From assembly GCA_964658305.1 (NCBI GenBank), contig OZ210885.1:16678001-16742000 (forward strand): 64,000 nt of DNA, read 5' to 3'. Made by a program: the position numbers and the translations under genes. Positions 51,101 through 64,000 of the stretch are shown piece by piece. This DNA is from Leptogorgia sarmentosa. Its lineage: Eukaryota. Under the pieces are notes generated by a model. That model worked only from the letters and a program-made list of their open reading frames with translations, made no database searches and was not told the DNA's origin. How positions within the stretch are numbered: the first letter of the stretch is position 1; every line of letters starts with the position of its first letter.

Positions 51101-54100
51101 AGGTAAAGCCTAGGTGGGCAAAGTTAGTACTTGGATGGGTGACCACCTGGGAATACTTTGTGTTGTAGACTTGCTTCATTTTATTGTATGTGTGTTTGTA
51201 AGTAGGTTTGCTTTCAATTTCAACTTCAGGGTTTTGTTATTGTTACACGTTTAAAAAGTGTAAGTTCCATCAACAAATGTTTACGACCATACCAGTAGGA
51301 AAATACCGGTTCTCGTCTGATCACCGAAGTTAAGCCTACGTGGGCAAAGTTAGTAGTTGGATGGGTGACCACCTGGGAATACTTTGTGTTGTAGACTTGC
51401 TTCATTTTGTTGTATGTGTGTTTGTAAGTAGGTTTGCTTTCAATTTCAACTTCAGGGTTTTGTTATTGTTACACGTTTAAAAAGTGTAACTTCCATCAAC
51501 AAATGTCTACGACCATACCAGTAGGAAAATACCGGTTCTCGTCTGATCACCGAAGTTAACCCTAGGTGGGCAAAGTTAGTACTTGGATGGGTGACTACCT
51601 GGGAATACTTTGTGTTGTAGACTTGCTTCATTTTATTGTATGTGTGTTTGTAAATAGGTTTGCTTTCAATTTGAACTTCAGGGTTTTGTTATTGTTACAC
51701 GTTTAAAAAGTGTAACTTCCATCAACAAATGTCTACGACCATACCAGTAGGAAAATACCGGTTCTCGTCTGATCACCGAAGTTAAGCCTAGGTGGGAAAA
51801 GTTAGTACTTGGATGGGTGACCACCTGGGAATACTTTGTGTTGTAGACTTCCTTCATTTTATTGTATGTGTGTTTGTAAATAGGTTTGCTTTCAATTTCA
51901 ACTTCAGGGTTTAGTTATTGTTACACGTTTAAAAAGTGTAACTTCCATCAACAAATGTCTACGACCATACCAGTAGGAAAATACCGGTTCTCGTCTTATC
52001 ACCGAAGTTAAGTCTAGGTGGGCAAAGTTAGTACTTGGATGGGTGACCACCTGGGAATACTTTGTGTTGTAGACTTGCTTCATTTTATTGTATGTATGTT
52101 TGTAAATAGGTTTGCTTTCAATGTAAACTTCAGGGATTTTGTTATTGCTACATCTGGAAATACTTTGTATTGTTGTTTTCCTAAATATTATTTAATGCCT
52201 ATTTGTAAATATAATTCCTTTCAATTTCAACTTCAGGGTTTTGTTATTGTTACACATTTAAAAAGTGTAACTTGCATCAACAAATGTCTACGACCGTACG
52301 AGTAGGAAAGTACCGGTTCTCGTCTGATCACCGAAGTTAAGCCTAGGTGGGCAAAGTTAGTACTTGGATGGGTGACCACCTGGGAATACTTTGTGTTGTA
52401 GACTTGCTTCATTTTATTGTATGTGTGTTTGTAAATAGGTTTGCTTTCAATGTAAACTTCAGGCATTTTGTTATTGCTACATCTGGAAATACTTTGTATT
52501 GTTGTTTTGCTAAATGTTATTTAATGCCTATTTGTAAATATAATTCCTTTCAACTTCAACTTCAGGGTTTTGTTATTGTTACACGTTTAAAAAGTGTAAC
52601 TTCCATCAACAAGTGTCTACGACCATACCAGTAGGAAAATACCGGTTCTCGTCTGATCACCGAAGTTAAGCCTACGTGGGCAAAGTTAGTAGTTGGATGG
52701 GTGACCACCTGGGAATACTTTGTGTTGTAGACTTGCTTCATTTTGTTGTATGTGTGTTTGTAAGTAGGTTTGCTTTCAATTTCAACTTCAGGGTTTTGTT
52801 ATTGTTACACGTTTAAAAAGTGTAACTTCCATCAACAAATGTCTACGACCATACCAGTAGGAAAATACCGGTTCTCGTCTGATCACCGAAGTTAACCCTA
52901 GGTGGGCAAAGTTAGTACTTGGATGGGTGACTACCTGGGAATACTTTGTGTTGTAGACTTGCTTCATTTTATTGTATGTGTGTTTGTAAATAGGTTTGCT
53001 TTCAATGTAAACTTCAGGGATTTTGTTATTGCTACATCTGGAAATACTTTGTATTGTTGTTTTCCTAAATGTTATTTAATGCCTATTTGTAAATATAATT
53101 CCTTTCAATTTCAACTTCAGGGTTTTGTTATTGTTACACATTTAAAAAGTGTAACTTGCATCAACAAATGTCTACGACCGTACGAGTAGGAAAATACCGG
53201 TTCTCGTCTGATCACCGAAGTTAAGCCTAGGTGGGCAAAGTTAGTACTTGGATGGGTGACTACCTGCGAATACTTTGTGTTGTAGACTTGCTTCATTTTA
53301 TTGTATGTGTGTTTGTAAATATAATTCCTTTCAATCTCAACTTCAGGGTTTTGTTATTGTTACACGTTTAAAAAGTGTAACTTCCATCAATAAATGTCTA
53401 CGACCATACCACTAGGAAAATACCGGTTCTCGTCTGATCACCGAAGTTAAGCCTAGGTGGGTAAAGTTAGCAGTTGGATGGGTGACCACCTGGGAATACT
53501 TTGCGTTGTAGACTTGCTTCATTTTGTTGTATGTGTGTTTGTAAGTAGGTTTGCTTTCAATTTCAACTTCAGGGTTTTGTTATTGTTACACGTTTAAAAA
53601 GTGTAACTTCCATCAACAAATGTCTACGACCATACCAGTAGGAAAATACCGGTTCTCGTCTGATCACCGAAGTTAAGCCTAGGTGGGGAAAGTTAGTACT
53701 TGGATGGGTGACTACCTGGGAATACTTTGTGTTGTAGACTTGCTTCATTTTATTGTTTGTGTGTTTGTAAATAGGTTTGCTTTCAATTTCAACTTCAGGG
53801 TTTTGTTATTGTTACACGTTTAAAAAGTGTAACTTCCATCAACAAATGTCTACGACCATACCAGTAGGAAAATACCGGTTCTCGTCTGATCACCGAAGTT
53901 AAGCCTAGGTGGGCAAAGTTAGTACTTGGATGGGTGACCACCTGGGAATACTTTGTGTTGTAGACTTGCTTCATTTTGTTGTATGTGTGTTTGTAAGTAG
54001 GTTTGCTTTCAATTTCAACTTCAGGGTTTTGTTATTGTTACACGTTTAAAAAGTGTAACTTCCATCAACAAATGTCTACGACCATACCAGTAGGAAAATA

Positions 54101-56120
54101 CCGGTTCTCGTCTGATCACCGAAGTTAGGCCTAGGTGGGAAAAGTTAGTACTTGGATGGGTGACCACCTGGGAATACTTTGTGTTGTAGACTTGCTTCAT
54201 TTTATTGTATGTGTGTTTGTAAATAGGTTTGCTTTCAATTTCAACTTCAGGGTTTTGTTATTGTTACACGTTTAAAAAGTGTAACTTCCATCAACAAATG
54301 TCTACCACCATACCAGTAGGAAAATACCGGTTCTCGTCTGATCACCGAAGTAAAGCCTAGGTAAAGCCTAGGTGGGCAAAGTTAGTACTTGGATGGGTGA
54401 CCACCTGGGAATACTTTGTGTTGTAGACTTGCTTCATTTTATTGTATGTGTGTTTGTAAGTAGGTTTGCTTTCAATTTCAACTTCAGGGTTTTGTTATTG
54501 TTACACGTTTAAAAAGTGTAAGTTCCATCAACAAATGTTTACGACCATACCAGTAGGAAAATACCGGTTCTCGTCTGATCACCGAAGTTAAGCCTACGTG
54601 GGCAAAGTTAGTAGTTGGATGGGTGACCACCTGGGAATACTTTGTGTTGTAGACTTGCTTCATTTTGTTGTATGTGTGTTTGTAAGTAGGTTTGCTTTCA
54701 ATTTCAACTTCAGGGTTTTGTTATTGTTACACGTTTAAAAAGTGTAACTTCCATCAACAAATGTCTACGACCATACCAGTAGGAAAATACCGGTTCTCGT
54801 CTGATCACCGAAGTTAACCCTAGGTGGGCAAAGTTAGTACTTGGATGGGTGACTACCTGGGAATACTTTGTGTTGTAGACTTGCTTCATTTTATTGTATG
54901 TGTGTTTGTAAATAGGTTTGCTTTCAATTTGAACTTCAGGGTTTTGTTATTGTTACACGTTTAAAAAGTGTAACTTCCATCAACAAATGTCTACGACCAT
55001 ACCAGTAGGAAAATACCGGTTCTCGTCTGATCACCGAAGTTAAGCCTAGGTGGGAAAAGTTAGTACTTGGATGGGTGACCACCTGGGAATACTTTGTGTT
55101 GTAGACTTCCTTCATTTTATTGTATGTGTGTTTGTAAATAGGTTTGCTTTCAATTTCAACTTCAGGGTTTAGTTATTGTTACACGTTTAAAAAGTGTAAC
55201 TTCCATCAACAAATGTCTACGACCATACCAGTAGGAAAATACCGGTTCTCGTCTTATCACCGAAGTTAAGTCTAGGTGGGCAAAGTTAGTACTTGGATGG
55301 GTGACCACCTGGGAATACTTTGTGTTGTAGACTTGCTTCATTTTATTGTATGTATGTTTGTAAATAGGTTTGCTTTCAATGTAAACTTCAGGGATTTTGT
55401 TATTGCTACATCTGGAAATACTTTGTATTGTTGTTTTCCTAAATATTATTTAATGCCTATTTGTAAATATAATTCCTTTCAATTTCAACTTCAGGGTTTT
55501 GTTATTGTTACACATTTAAAAAGTGTAACTTGCATCAACAAATGTCTACGACCGTACGAGTAGGAAAGTACCGGTTCTCGTCTGATCACCGAAGTTAAGC
55601 CTAGGTGGGCAAAGTTAGTACTTGGATGGGTGACCACCTGGGAATACTTTGTGTTGTAGACTTGCTTCATTTTATTGTATGTGTGTTTGTAAATAGGTTT
55701 GCTTTCAATGTAAACTTCAGGCATTTTGTTATTGCTACATCTGGAAATACTTTGTATTGTTGTTTTGCTAAATGTTATTTAATGCCTATTTGTAAATATA
55801 ATTCCTTTCAACTTCAACTTCAGGGTTTTGTTATTGTTACACGTTTAAAAAGTGTAACTTCCATCAACAAGTGTCTACGACCATACCAGTAGGAAAATAC
55901 CGGTTCTCGTCTGATCACCGAAGTTAAGCCTACGTGGGCAAAGTTAGTAGTTGGATGGGTGACCACCTGGGAATACTTTGTGTTGTAGACTTGCTTCATT
56001 TTGTTGTATGTGTGTTTGTAAGTAGGTTTGCTTTCAATTTCAACTTCAGGGTTTTGTTATTGTTACACGTTTAAAAAGTGTAACTTCCATCAACAAATGT
56101 CTACGACCATACCAGTAGGA
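44440..56120 (+). repeat. Nested 3,258-bp and 5,283-bp higher-order duplications
   Basis: The 11-bp-insertion unit occurs at 45759, 49017, 51042 and 54300 (steps 3258, 2025, 3258). The C29T marker occurs only at 45561 and 50844 (offset 5283). Confidence 0.88.
45759..45889 (+). pseudogene. 131-nt 5S variant with an 11-bp tandem duplication in box A; copies start at 49017, 51042 and 54300
   Basis: GAAG-TAAAGCCTAGG-TAAAGCCTAGG-TGGG at 45810-45831; also carries G7C and T53A. Confidence 0.8.
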
Positions 56121-59100
56121 AAATACCGGTTCTCGTCTGATCACCGAAGTTAACCCTAGGTGGGCAAAGTTAGTACTTGGATGGGTGACTACCTGGGAAT
56201 ACTTTGTGTTGTAGACTTGCTTCATTTTATTGTATGTGTGTTTGTAAATAGGTTTGCTTTCAATTTGAACTTCAGGGTTTTGTTATTGTTACACGTTTAA
56301 AAAGTGTAACTTCCATCAACAAATGTCTACGACCATACCAGTAGGAAAATACCGGTTCTCGTCTGATCACCGAAGTTAAGCCTAGGTGGGAAAAGTTAGT
56401 ACTTGGATGGGTGACCACCTGGGAATACTTTGTGTTGTAGACTTCCTTCATTTTATTGTATGTGTGTTTGTAAAAAGGTTTGCTTTCAATTTCAACTTCA
56501 GGGTTTAGTTATTGTTACACGTTTAAAAAGTGTAACTTCCATCAACAAATGTCTACGACCATACCAGTAGGAAAATAGCGGTTCTCGTCTTATCACCGAA
56601 GTTAAGCCTAGGTGGGCAAAGTTAGTACTTGGATGGGTGACCACCTGGGAATACTTTGTGTTGTAGACTTGCTTCATTTTATTGTATGTATGTTTGTAAA
56701 TAGGTTTGCTTTCAATGTAAACTTCAGGGATTTTGTTATTGCTACATCTGGAAATACTTTGTATTGTTGTTTTCCTAAATGTTATTTAATGCCTATTTGT
56801 AAATATAATTCCTTTCAATTTCAACTTCAGGGTTTTGTTATTGTTACACATTTAAAAAGTGTAACTTGCATCAACAAATGTCTACGACCGTACGAGTAGG
56901 AAAATACCGGTTCTGGTCTGATCACCGAAGTTAAGCCTAGGTGGGCAAAGTTAGTACTTGGATGGGTGACCACCTGGGAATACTTTGTGTTGTAGACTTG
57001 CTTCATTTTATTGTATGTGTGTTTGTAAATAGGTTTGCTTTCAATGTAAACTTCAGGCATTTTGTTATTGCTACATCTGGAAATACTTTGTATTGTTGTT
57101 TTGCTAAATGTTATTTAATGCCTATTTGTAAATATAATTCCTTTCAACTTCAACTTCAGGGTTTTGTTATTGTTACACGTTTAAAAAGTGTAACTTCCAT
57201 CAACAAGTGTCTACGACCATACCAGTAGGAAAATACCGGTTCTCGTCTGATCACCGAAGTTAAGCCTACGTGGGCAAAGTTAGTAGTTGGATGGGTGACC
57301 ACCTGGGAATACTTTGTGTTGTAGACTTGCTTCATTTTGTTGTATGTGTGTTTGTAAGTAGGTTTGCTTTCAATTTCAACTTCAGGGTTTTGTTATTGTT
57401 ACACGTTCAAAAAGTGTAACTTCCATCAACAAATGTCTACGACCATACCAGAAGGAAAATACCGGTTCTTGTCTGATCACCGAAGTTAAGCCTAGGTGGG
57501 CAAAGTTAGTACTTGGATGGGTGACTACCTGGGAATACTTTGTGTTGTAGACTTGCTTCATTTTATTGTATGTGTGTTTGTAAATAGGTTTGCTTTCAAT
57601 TTCAACTTCAGGGTTTTGTTATTGTTACACGTTTAAAAAGTGTAACTTCCATCAACAAATGTCTACGACCATACCAGTAGGAAAATACCGGTTCTCGTCT
57701 GATCACCGAAGTTAAGCCTAGGTGGGCAAAGTTAGTACTTGGATGGGTGACTACCTGGGAATACTTTGTGTTGTAGACTTGCCTCATTTTATTGTTTGTG
57801 TGTTTGTAAATAGGTTTGCTTTCAATTTCAACTTCAGGGTTTTGTTATTGTTACACGTTTAAAAAGTGTAACTTCCATCAACAAATGTCTACAACCATAC
57901 CAGTAGGAAAATACCGGTTCTCGTCTGATCACCGAAGTTAAGCCTAGGTGGGCCAAGTTAGTACTTGGATGGGTGACCACCTGGGAATACTTTGTGTTGT
58001 AGACTTGCTTCATTTTATTGTATGTGTGTTTGTAAATAGGTTTGCTTTCAATGTAAACTTCAGGGATTTTGTTATTGCTACATCTGGAAATACTTTGTAT
58101 TGTTGTTTTCCTAAATATTATTTAATGCCTATTTGTAAATATAATTCCTTTCAATTTCAACTTCAGGGTTTTGTTATTGTTACACATTTAAAAAGTGTAA
58201 CTTGCATCAACAAATGTCTACGACCGTACGAGTAGGAAAGTGCCGGTTCTCGTCTGATCACCGAAGTTAAGCCTAGGTGGGCAAAGTTAGTACTTGGATG
58301 GGTGACCACCTGGGAATACTTTGTGTTGTAGACTTGCTTCATTTTATTGTATGTGTGTTTGTAAATAGGTTTGCTTTCAATGTAAACTTCAGGCATTTTG
58401 TTATTGCTACATCTGGAAATACTTTGTATTGTTGTTTTGCTAAATGTTATTTAATGCCTATTTGTAAATATAATTCCTTTCAACTTCAACTTCAGGGTTT
58501 TGTTATTGTTACACGTTTAAAAAGTGTAACTTCAATCAACAAGTGTCTACGACCATACCAGTAGGAAAATACCGGTTCTCGTCCGATCACCGAAGTTAAG
58601 CCTACGTGGGCAAAGTTAGTAGTTGGATGGGTGACCACCTGGGAATACTTTGTGTTGTAGACTTGCTTCATTTTGTTGTATGTGTGTTTGTAAGTAGGTT
58701 TGCTTTCAATTTCAACTTCAGGGTTTTGTTATTGTTACACGTTTAAAAAGTGTAACTTCCATCAACAAATGTCTACGACCATACCAGTAGGAAAATACCG
58801 GTTCTCGTCTGATCACCGAAGTTAACCCTAGGTGGGCAAAGTTAGTACTTGGATGGGTGACTACCTGGGAATACTTTGTGTTGTAGACTTGCTTCATTTT
58901 ATTGTATGTGTGTTTGTAAATAGGTTTGCTTTCAATTTGAACTTCAGGGTTTTGTTATTGTTACACGTTTAAAAAGTGTAACTTCCATCAACAAATGTCT
59001 ACGACCATACCAGTAGGAAAATACCGGTTCTCGTCTGATCACCGAAGTTAAGCCTAGGTGGGAAAAGTTAGTACTTGGATGGGTGACCACCTGGGAATAC

Positions 59101-62100
59101 TTTGTGTTGTAGACTTCCTTCATTTTATTGTATGTGTGTTTGTAAATAGGTTTGCTTTCAATTTCAACTTCAGGGTTTAGTTATTGTTACACGTTTAAAA
59201 AGTGTAACTTCCATCAACAAATGTCTACAACCATACCAGTAGGAAAATAGCGGTTCTCGTCTTATCACCGAAGTTAAGCCTAGGTGGGCAAAGTTAGTAC
59301 TTGGATGGGTGACCACCTGGGAATACTTTGTGTTGTAGACTTGCTTCATTTTATTGTATGTATGTTTGTAAATAGGTTTGCTTTCAATGTAAACTTCAGG
59401 GATTTTGTTATTGCTACATCTGGAAATACTTTGTATTGTTGTTTTCCTAAATGTTATTTAATGCCTATTTGTAAATATAATTCCTTTCAATTTCAACTTC
59501 AGGGTTTTGTTATTGTTACACATTTAAAAAGTGTAACTTGCATCAACAAATGTCTACGACCGTACGAGTAGGAAAATACCGGTTCTGGTCTGATCACCGA
59601 AGTTAAGCCTAGGTGGGCAAAGTTAGTACTTGGATGGGTGACCACCTGGGAATACTTTGTGTTGTAGACTTGCTTCATTTTATTGTATGTGTGTTTGTAA
59701 ATAGGTTTGCTTTCAATGTAAACTTCAGGCATTTTGTTATTGCTACATCTGGAAATACTTTGTATTGTTGTTTTGCTAAATGTTATTTAATGCCTATTTG
59801 TAAATATAATTCCTTTCAACTTCAACTTCAGGGTTTTGTTATTGTTACACGTTTAAAAAGTGTAACTTCCATCAACAAGTGTCTACGACCATACCAGTAG
59901 GAAAATACCGGTTCTCGTCTGATCACCGAAGTTAAGCCTACGTGGGCAAAGTTAGTAGTTGGATGGGTGACCACCTGGGAATACTTTGTGTTGTAGACTT
60001 GCTTCATTTTGTTGTATGTGTGTTTGTAAGTAGGTTTGCTTTCAATTTCAACTTCAGGGTTTTGTTATTGTTACACGTTCAAAAAGTGTAACTTCCATCA
60101 ACAAATGTCTACGACCATACCAGAAGGAAAATACCGGTTCTTGTCTGATCACCGAAGTTAAGCCTAGGTGGGCAAAGTTAGTACTTGGATGGGTGACTAC
60201 CTGGGAATACTTTGTGTTGTAGACTTGCTTCATTTTATTGTATGTGTGTTTGTAAATAGGTTTGCTTTCAATTTCAACTTCAGGGTTTTGTTATTGTTAC
60301 ACGTTTAAAAAGTGTAACTTCCATCAACAAATGTCTACGACCATACCAGTAGGAAAATACCGGTTCTCGTCTGATCACCGAAGTTAAGCCTAGGTGGGCA
60401 AAGTTAGTACTTGGATGGGTGACTACCTGGGAATACTTTGTGTTGTAGACTTGCTTCATTTTATTGTTTGTGTGTTTGTAAATAGGTTTGCTTTCAATTT
60501 CAACTTCAGGGTTTTGTTATTGTTACACGTTTAAAAAGTGTAACTTCCATCAACAAATGTCTACAACCATACCAGTAGGAAAATACCGGTTCTCGTCTGA
60601 TCACCGAAGTTAAGCCTAGGTGGGCAAAGTTAGTACTTGGATGGGTGACCACCTGGGAATACTTTGTGTTGTAGACTTGCTTCATTTTATTGTATGTGTG
60701 TTTGTAAATAGGTTTGCTTTCAATGTAAACTTCAGGGATTTTGTTATTGCTACATCTGGAAATACTTTGTATTGTTGTTTTCCTAAATATTATTTAATGC
60801 CTATTTGTAAATATAATTCCTTTCAATTTCAACTTCAGGGTTTTGTTATTGTTACACATTTAAAAAGTGTAACTTGCATCAACAAATGTCTACGACCGTA
60901 CGAGTAGGAAAGTGCCGGTTCTCGTCTGATCACCGAAGTTAAGCCTAGGTGGGCAAAGTTAGTACTTGGATGGGTGACCACCTGGGAATACTTTGTGTTG
61001 TAGACTTGCTTCATTTTATTGTATGTGTGTTTGTAAATAGGTTTGCTTTCAATGTAAACTTCAGGCATTTTGTTATTGCTACATCTGGAAATACTTTGTA
61101 TTGTTGTTTTGCTAAATGTTATTTAATGCCTATTTGTAAATATAATTCCTTTCAACTTCAACTTCAGGGTTTTGTTATTGTTACACGTTTAAAAAGTGTA
61201 ACTTCCATCAACAAGTGTCTACGACCATACCAGTAGGAAAATACCGGTTCTCGTCCGATCACCGAAGTTAAGCCTACGTGGGCAAAGTTAGTAGTTGGAT
61301 GGGTGACCACCTGGGAATACTTTGTGTTGTAGACTTGCTTCATTTTGTTGTATGTGTGTTTGTAAGTAGGTTTGCTTTCAATTTCAACTCCAGGGTTTTG
61401 TTATTGTTACACGTTTAAAAAGTGTAACTTCCATCAACAAATGTCTACGACCATACCAGTAGGAAAATACCGGTTCTCGTCTGATCACCGAAGTTAAGCC
61501 TAGGTGGGCAAAGTTAGTACTTGGATGGGTGACTACCTGGGAATACTTTGTGTTGTAGACTTGCTTCATTTTATTGTATGTGTGTTTGTAAATAGGTTTG
61601 CTTTCAATTTCAACTTCAGGGTTTTGTTATTGTTACACGTTTAAAAAGTGTAACTTCCATCAACAAATGTCTACGACCATACCAGTAGGAAAATACCGGT
61701 TCTCGTCTGATCACCGAAGTTAAGCCTAGGTGGGAAAAGTAAGTACTTGGATGGGTGACCACCTGGGAATACTTTGTGTTGTAGACTTGCTTCATTTTAT
61801 TGTATGTGTGTTTGTAAATAGGTTTGCTTTCAATTTCAACTTCAGGGTTTTGTTATTGTTACGCGTTTAAAAAGTGTAACTTCCATCAACAAATTTGTAC
61901 GACCATACCAGTAGGAAAATACCGGTTCTCGTCTGATCACCGAAGTTAAGCCTAGGTGGGCAAAGTTAGTACTTGGATGGGTGACCACCTGGGAATACTT
62001 TGTGTTGTAGACTTGCTTCATTTTATTGTATGTGTGTTTGTAAATAGGTTTGCTTTCAATGTAAACTTCAGGGATTTTGTTATTGCTACATCTGGAAATA

Positions 62101-62220
62101 CTTTGTATTGTTGTTTTCCTAAATGTTATTTAATGCCTATTTGTAAATATAATTCCTTTCAATTTCAACTTCAGGGTTTTGTTATTGTTACACATTTAAA
62201 AAGTGTAACTTGCATCAACA
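55215..62220 (+). repeat. 1,336-bp five-unit higher-order repeat (long-long-short-short-short) with a 2,672-bp dimeric super-period
   Basis: ORFs at 55276, 56612, 57948, 59284, 60620 and 61956 (step 1336 = 2x329 + 3x226). Alternate blocks share AATAGCGG/TTCTGGTC or AAAGTGCCGG. Confidence 0.88.
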
Positions 62221-63785
62221 AATGTCTGCGACCGTACGAGTAGGAAAATACCGGTTCTCGTCTGATCACCGAAGTTAAGCCTAGGTGGGCAAAGTTAGTA
62301 CTTGGATGGGTGACTACCTGCGAATACTTTGTGTTGTAGACTTGCTTCATTTTATTGTATGTGTGTTTGTAAATATAATTCCTTTCAATCTGAACTTCAG
62401 GGTTTTGTTATTGTTTCACGTTTAAAAAGTGTAACTTCCATCAATAAATGTCTACGACCATACCACTAGGAAAATACCGGTTCTCGTCTGATCACCGAAG
62501 TTAGGCCTAGGTGGGCAAAGTTAGTACTTGGATGGGTGACCACCTGGGAATACTTTGTGTTGTAGACTTGCTTCATTTTATTGTATGTGTGTTTGTAAAT
62601 AGGTTTGCTTTCAATGTAAACTTCAGGGATTTTGTTATTGCTACATCTGGAAATACTTTGTATTGTTGTTTTCCTAAATGTTATTTAATCCCTATTTGTA
62701 AATATAATTCCTTTCAATTTCAACTTCAGGGTTTTGTTATTGTTACGCATTTAAAAAGTGTAACTTCCATCAACAAATGCCTACGACCGTACGAGTAGGA
62801 AAATACCGGTTCTCGTCTGATCACCGAAGTTAAGCCTAGGTGGGCAAAGTTAGTAGTTGGATGGGTGACCACCTGGGAATACTTTGCATTGTAGACTTGC
62901 TTCATTTTGTTGTATGTGTGTTTGTAAATATAATTCCTTTCAATCTCAACTTCAGGGTTTTGTTATTGTTACACGTTTAAAAAGTGTAACTTCCATCAAT
63001 AAATGTCTACGACCATACCACTAGGAAAATACCGGTTCTCGTCTGATCACCGAAGTTAAGCGTAGATGGGAAAAGTTAGTACTTGGATGGGTGACCACCT
63101 GGGAATACTTTGTGTTGTAGATTTGCTTCATTTTATTGTATGTGTGTTTTTAAATAGGTTTGCTTTCAATTTCAACTTCAGGGTTTTGTTATTGTTACAC
63201 GTTTAAAAAGTGTAACTTCCATCAACAAATGTCTACGACCATACCAGTAGGAAAATACCGGTTCTCGTCTGATCACCGAAGTTAGGCCTAGGTGGGCAAA
63301 GTTAGTACTTGGATGGGTGACCACCTGGGAATACTTTGTGTTGTAGACTTGCTTCATTTTATTGTATGTGTGTTTGTAAATAGGTTTGCTTTCAATGTAA
63401 ACTTCAGGGATTTTGTTATTGCTACATCTGGAAATACTTTGTATTGTTGTTTTGCTAAATGTTATTTAATCCCTATTTGTAAATATAATTCCTTTCAATT
63501 TCAACTTCAGGGTTTTGTTATTGTTACACGTTTAAAAAGTGTAACTTCCATCAACAAATGCCTACAACCGTACGAGTAGGAAAATACCGGTTCTCGTCTG
63601 ATCACCGAAGTTAAGCCTAGGTGGGTAAAGTTAGTAGTTGGATGGGTGACCACCTGGGAATACTTTGCGTTGTAGACTTGCTTCATTTTGTTGTATGTGT
63701 GTTTGTAAGTAGGTTTGCTTTCAATTTCAACTTCAGGGTTTTGTTATTGTTACATGTTTAAAAAGTGTAACTTCCATCAACAAAT

Positions 63786-63905
63786 GTCTACGACCATACC
63801 AGTAGGAAAATACCGGTTCTCGTCTGATCACCGAAGTTAAGCCTAGGTGGGCAAAGTTAGTACTTGGATGGGTGACTACCTGGGAATACTTTGTGTTGTA
63901 GACTT
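63786..63905 (+). rRNA. 5S rRNA: Last full-length 5S copy in the window (C92T variant)
   Basis: GTCTACGACC...GTAGACTT, 120 nt. C92T gives a G85.U92 wobble in helix IV. Confidence 0.92.
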
Positions 63906-64000
63906 GCTTCATTTTATTGTTTGTGTGTTTGTAAATAGGTTTGCTTTCAATTTCAACTTCAGGGTTTTGTTATTGTTACACGTTTAAAAATTGTAACTTC

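Larger units (their letters stand above)
1..64000 (+). repeat. 5S rDNA tandem array, about 260 head-to-tail units (226-bp and 329-bp classes), extending beyond both window edges
   Basis: GTCTACGACC gene starts recur at 433, 659, 885, 1111 and 1337 (226-bp period), with 329-bp steps such as 1562->1891 and 3021->3350. I saw no non-repeat sequence or inversion anywhere. Count = 45 long + 2 truncated + about 216 short units by length arithmetic. Confidence 0.98.

Noticed and set aside
1832..61569. Minus-strand 61/77/123-aa ORFs (…YSQVVTHPTTN…)
   Set aside because: These are antisense translations of 5S rRNA, a familiar source of spurious predicted proteins. They appear only where a point change removes a stop codon.
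1623..63579. Repeated 95/80/72-aa plus-strand ORFs (MGKVSTWMGDHLG...) as a multicopy protein family
   Set aside because: They start at a GTG or TTG inside the 5S gene, run through the T-rich spacer and end in the next gene. They simply mark long or frameshifted units and show no recognisable domain.
1..64000. CRISPR-like array (regular repeats; CTTTCAAT reads ATTGAAAG on the minus strand, like some CRISPR repeat ends)
   Set aside because: There are no unique spacers, since the entire unit is repeated. No cas genes are present and the repeat is a eukaryotic 5S gene; the 8-mer is coincidental.
1..64000. 5S-derived SINE3 or Cassandra retroelement
   Set aside because: Units contain a full 120-nt gene in strict tandem, with no LINE-like tail, poly(A), LTR termini, primer-binding site or target-site duplications.

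Overview
The whole 64 kb window is one uninterrupted head-to-tail tandem array of eukaryotic 5S rRNA genes on the + strand, about 260 copies (estimated from unit lengths). The sequence looks like invertebrate metazoan 5S. No protein-coding gene, transposon, CRISPR array or other RNA gene is supported; every listed ORF is a by-product of the repeat. Two unit lengths are interspersed: 226 bp (120-nt 5S + 106-nt spacer) and 329 bp (45 copies, counted from the ORF track). The extra 103 bp of the long unit is a decayed relic of a second, internally deleted 5S unit. The consensus gene folds into the canonical five-helix 5S structure, including a compensatory A-U-rich helix V, but it has a G17.G61 mismatch in helix II and a terminator offset by 6 nt. 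Many copies carry lesions in the promoter or structure, and these lesions have been amplified within nested higher-order duplications (781, 1336/2672, 2342, 3258/5283, 3944 and 15,822 bp), as in satellite DNA. I found no new multi-gene system. The most interesting reading is a 5S rDNA array with satellite-like higher-order evolution whose history can be read from its variants. Copy counts and duplication boundaries were determined by eye and are approximate.
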